IMG/VR virus record: IMGVR_UViG_3300031952_000012
DNA: 64,000 nucleotides
Direction: 5' to 3' (one strand)
Origin: an uncultured virus (IMG/VR IMGVR_UViG_3300031952_000012)
Taxonomy: Duplodnaviria; Heunggongvirae; Uroviricota; Caudoviricetes
Shown here: positions 62,325 to 64,000 of the stretch, one piece after another
How the letters are laid out: each line of letters begins with the position of its first letter
How positions within the stretch are numbered: the stretch's first letter is position 1
Notes under the pieces: generated by a model
Database searches by the model: none
Seen by the model: the letters and a program-made list of their open reading frames with translations, nothing else
What the model was told of the DNA's origin: nothing
Program-made: the position numbers and the translations under genes

Positions 62325-62854
62325 TTTCCGGCGAGCCTCTTTAACGTGCGGTCGATTTGATTTTTGACCTCGGTGTTGATGGCAGTCTCTATCTCAGGAA
62401 GACTGTTCCTCAAAACGTAGCGCCCTTTCAAGCCGACTCTTTTGTATTTTCTCGAGAGACAATAGGCGATTCCCTTCGCCTTTGGATAGTCGACGCCGAG
62501 TCTTCGCATCGCCCAAGTCGCTACCGCAATTTGCCCAATCTGAGAGATGCCTTTGCCGGGTCGTCGACCGTACTCGATGATGGGCGCGTAGGGTGCGTTA
62601 TTGAAGACCTTGCCGCCCTCTGCTGTGTCGGTATATTTCCATGAGCGTTTGTACTGACCCGTATTCACCGCGCCATAGATGCCCTGTCCCGCCGTTCCAT
62701 GAGCGCCGCTCGGTGCTTTCATCGTGGCTTTTTGAAGTACACGCAACGAGCGCATGCCGCCCGATTTGATTCCTCGTCGAACGGTCGGCTCGTAGTCTTT
62801 GCCGAGCTCGAGCATAAACTTGGCCCATTGGCCCATGGTGACGTAGTGAGCCAT
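62321..62854 (-). CDS. Neck/tail completion protein (HK97 gp10-like)
   Basis: VNTGQYKRSW, N.APYAPIIEYGRRPG. Confidence 0.85.
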   Translation of the reverse strand: MAHYVTMGQWAKFMLELGKDYEPTVRRGIKSGGMRSLRVLQKATMKAPSGAHGTAGQGIYGAVNTGQYKRSWKYTDTAEGGKVFNNAPYAPIIEYGRRPGKGISQIGQIAVATWAMRRLGVDYPKAKGIAYCLSRKYKRVGLKGRYVLRNSLPEIETAINTEVKNQIDRTLKRLAGK

Positions 62855-63397
62855 TTATTCGGGGTCTCCTACGCGAGCTCGGTCTTCGTGAACCTTCTCG
62901 AGGTGAACCATCCATTGAAGTTTGCCGGCCGCATAGTGCGGCGCCGAGCGTGGATAGAATCTTCGTCGCGGTCCCGCCTTGCCATCGGGTCGCGGAAATT
63001 CGACCTCATAAAACATCTCTTCGTCGAGCGGTATCTGTGAGCCGTCCGAATCGCGCCCCATCAAATCGTCTTCGGTAAACCGCCCGCTGATTTCGTCGAG
63101 CATCACCGCGCCGATTTCATCGAGACCGACCGGCTGAACGATCTCGGTCAGACTGATGAGGTCATGAATGCGTGGTGTCGGGAGCAACACGAGCTCGGAG
63201 ATCTCAGAGAGTGTTCCAACGCCTCTCTCGCCGCCGCTCCATTTCGCTCTGACAATGCGAACCTTATAGGGGCGCAAACCAAATTTGCTCAACAGATCTC
63301 GGAGTTGATCTGCGAGCGGGATGAATCGCCGTGCCAGTGTTTTGTTTAACTGGACGCTGGTCGGGTCGAAGAATTTTGCCATTCGCCCTCCCGGCAT
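62855..63397 (-). CDS. Head closure/stopper protein
   Basis: Synteny; beta-rich, 180 aa. Confidence 0.6.
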   Translation of the reverse strand: MPGGRMAKFFDPTSVQLNKTLARRFIPLADQLRDLLSKFGLRPYKVRIVRAKWSGGERGVGTLSEISELVLLPTPRIHDLISLTEIVQPVGLDEIGAVMLDEISGRFTEDDLMGRDSDGSQIPLDEEMFYEVEFPRPDGKAGPRRRFYPRSAPHYAAGKLQWMVHLEKVHEDRARVGDPE

Positions 63398-63807
63398 CAG
63401 CCGTGTCGAACAGGTATGGAGCTAACACCAGAAGTAATAAAACCTCGATAGCGATTTGAGTATGCGTAAATTGGAACGCCTAAAAGATCGGCGAGTCTGA
63501 AACCCCATCGAACATACTCGTGTTCGAGTTGGTCGGGCTCGTTGTCGCGCAAATGCAAATCGGAAAGTTGAATCGCCGCGAGACGATCTTGAGACTCGAT
63601 CAACTTCGTCTCGAGATCGTCCATCACTTTCAAAATGCGTCGTACTCTGTCGACCGCTTCTTCGATGATCAAGTTCATCGCCGACTCAACCAAAAATGCG
63701 GTTTGCATCGGGCGAGGAATGCCGAATTGAATAGACGCCGCCGCCTGAATTTCAGGATAGCCAAGGTGAAAACGACAGCGTTCTTTTTCAGCGGCATCGA
63801 GAGGCAT
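63397..63807 (-). CDS. Head-tail adaptor protein
   Basis: Helical; EKERCRFHLGY N-terminus; synteny. Confidence 0.6.
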   Translation of the reverse strand: MPLDAAEKERCRFHLGYPEIQAAASIQFGIPRPMQTAFLVESAMNLIIEEAVDRVRRILKVMDDLETKLIESQDRLAAIQLSDLHLRDNEPDQLEHEYVRWGFRLADLLGVPIYAYSNRYRGFITSGVSSIPVRHG

Positions 63808-63821
63808 AGGTCCTCAATTGA

Positions 63822-64000
63822 TCAAGCCTGCTTTTCTAGTTTCACACCTGCGGCAAGAAGTTTTTCGATTGCTCCCGGCCCATAACTCGAATCGTCGACG
63901 AGCGTGTCCTTCGGCAAAAAAGTGATATGGCCGTTGAAGGAAACGATCTTCGCCTCGAGCACCAAATATCTTCCCGTCAATGGGGCGGGCTGCACTAGCG
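63822..64000 (-). CDS. Hypothetical protein, 5' partial
   Basis: Open frame ...FNGHITFLPKDTLVDDSSYGPGAIEKLLAAGVKLEKQA*. Confidence 0.6.
   Translation of the reverse strand, partial: LVQPAPLTGRYLVLEAKIVSFNGHITFLPKDTLVDDSSYGPGAIEKLLAAGVKLEKQA

Overview
The window is a 64 kb piece of a large contractile-tailed (myovirus-like) dsDNA phage genome. No host genes or integrase are visible. A nested spanin pair points to a Gram-negative host. Almost all genes are on the minus strand. From right to left: head-tail joining, sheath, tube, chaperone, tape measure, baseplate and fibre genes (33-64 kb); a lysis cassette (30.5-33.1 kb); a short plus-strand block of small genes including a RuvC-like resolvase (26.7-30.4 kb); a sigma factor, ParB-like, HTH and SF2 helicase block; a replication/recombination module (initiator-like protein, DnaB, primase, UDG-fused PolA, SSB, RecA, SbcCD); a ParB plus ABC-ATPase/Mom-like acetyltransferase pair; a vWA-FHA pair; and an early small-gene array (<4.6 kb) behind a near-consensus sigma70 promoter. 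The strongest candidate for an undescribed system is that early array. Six slots in it carry the same covarying hairpin-plus-SD leader, often with an ACTGGCAGT palindrome. One slot holds a decayed allele of a neighbouring gene, and the cargo includes an AcrIC5-like domain, which suggests a modular, shufflable anti-defence cassette array. Other notable items are a tRNA-like structured RNA between ssb and recA, a 41-bp motif shared by two replication operons, a repeat-encoded micro-ORF relay ahead of the initiator gene, and a promoter/short-RNA/terminator unit between the sheath and tube genes. All family assignments come from reading motifs by eye; no database searches were run.
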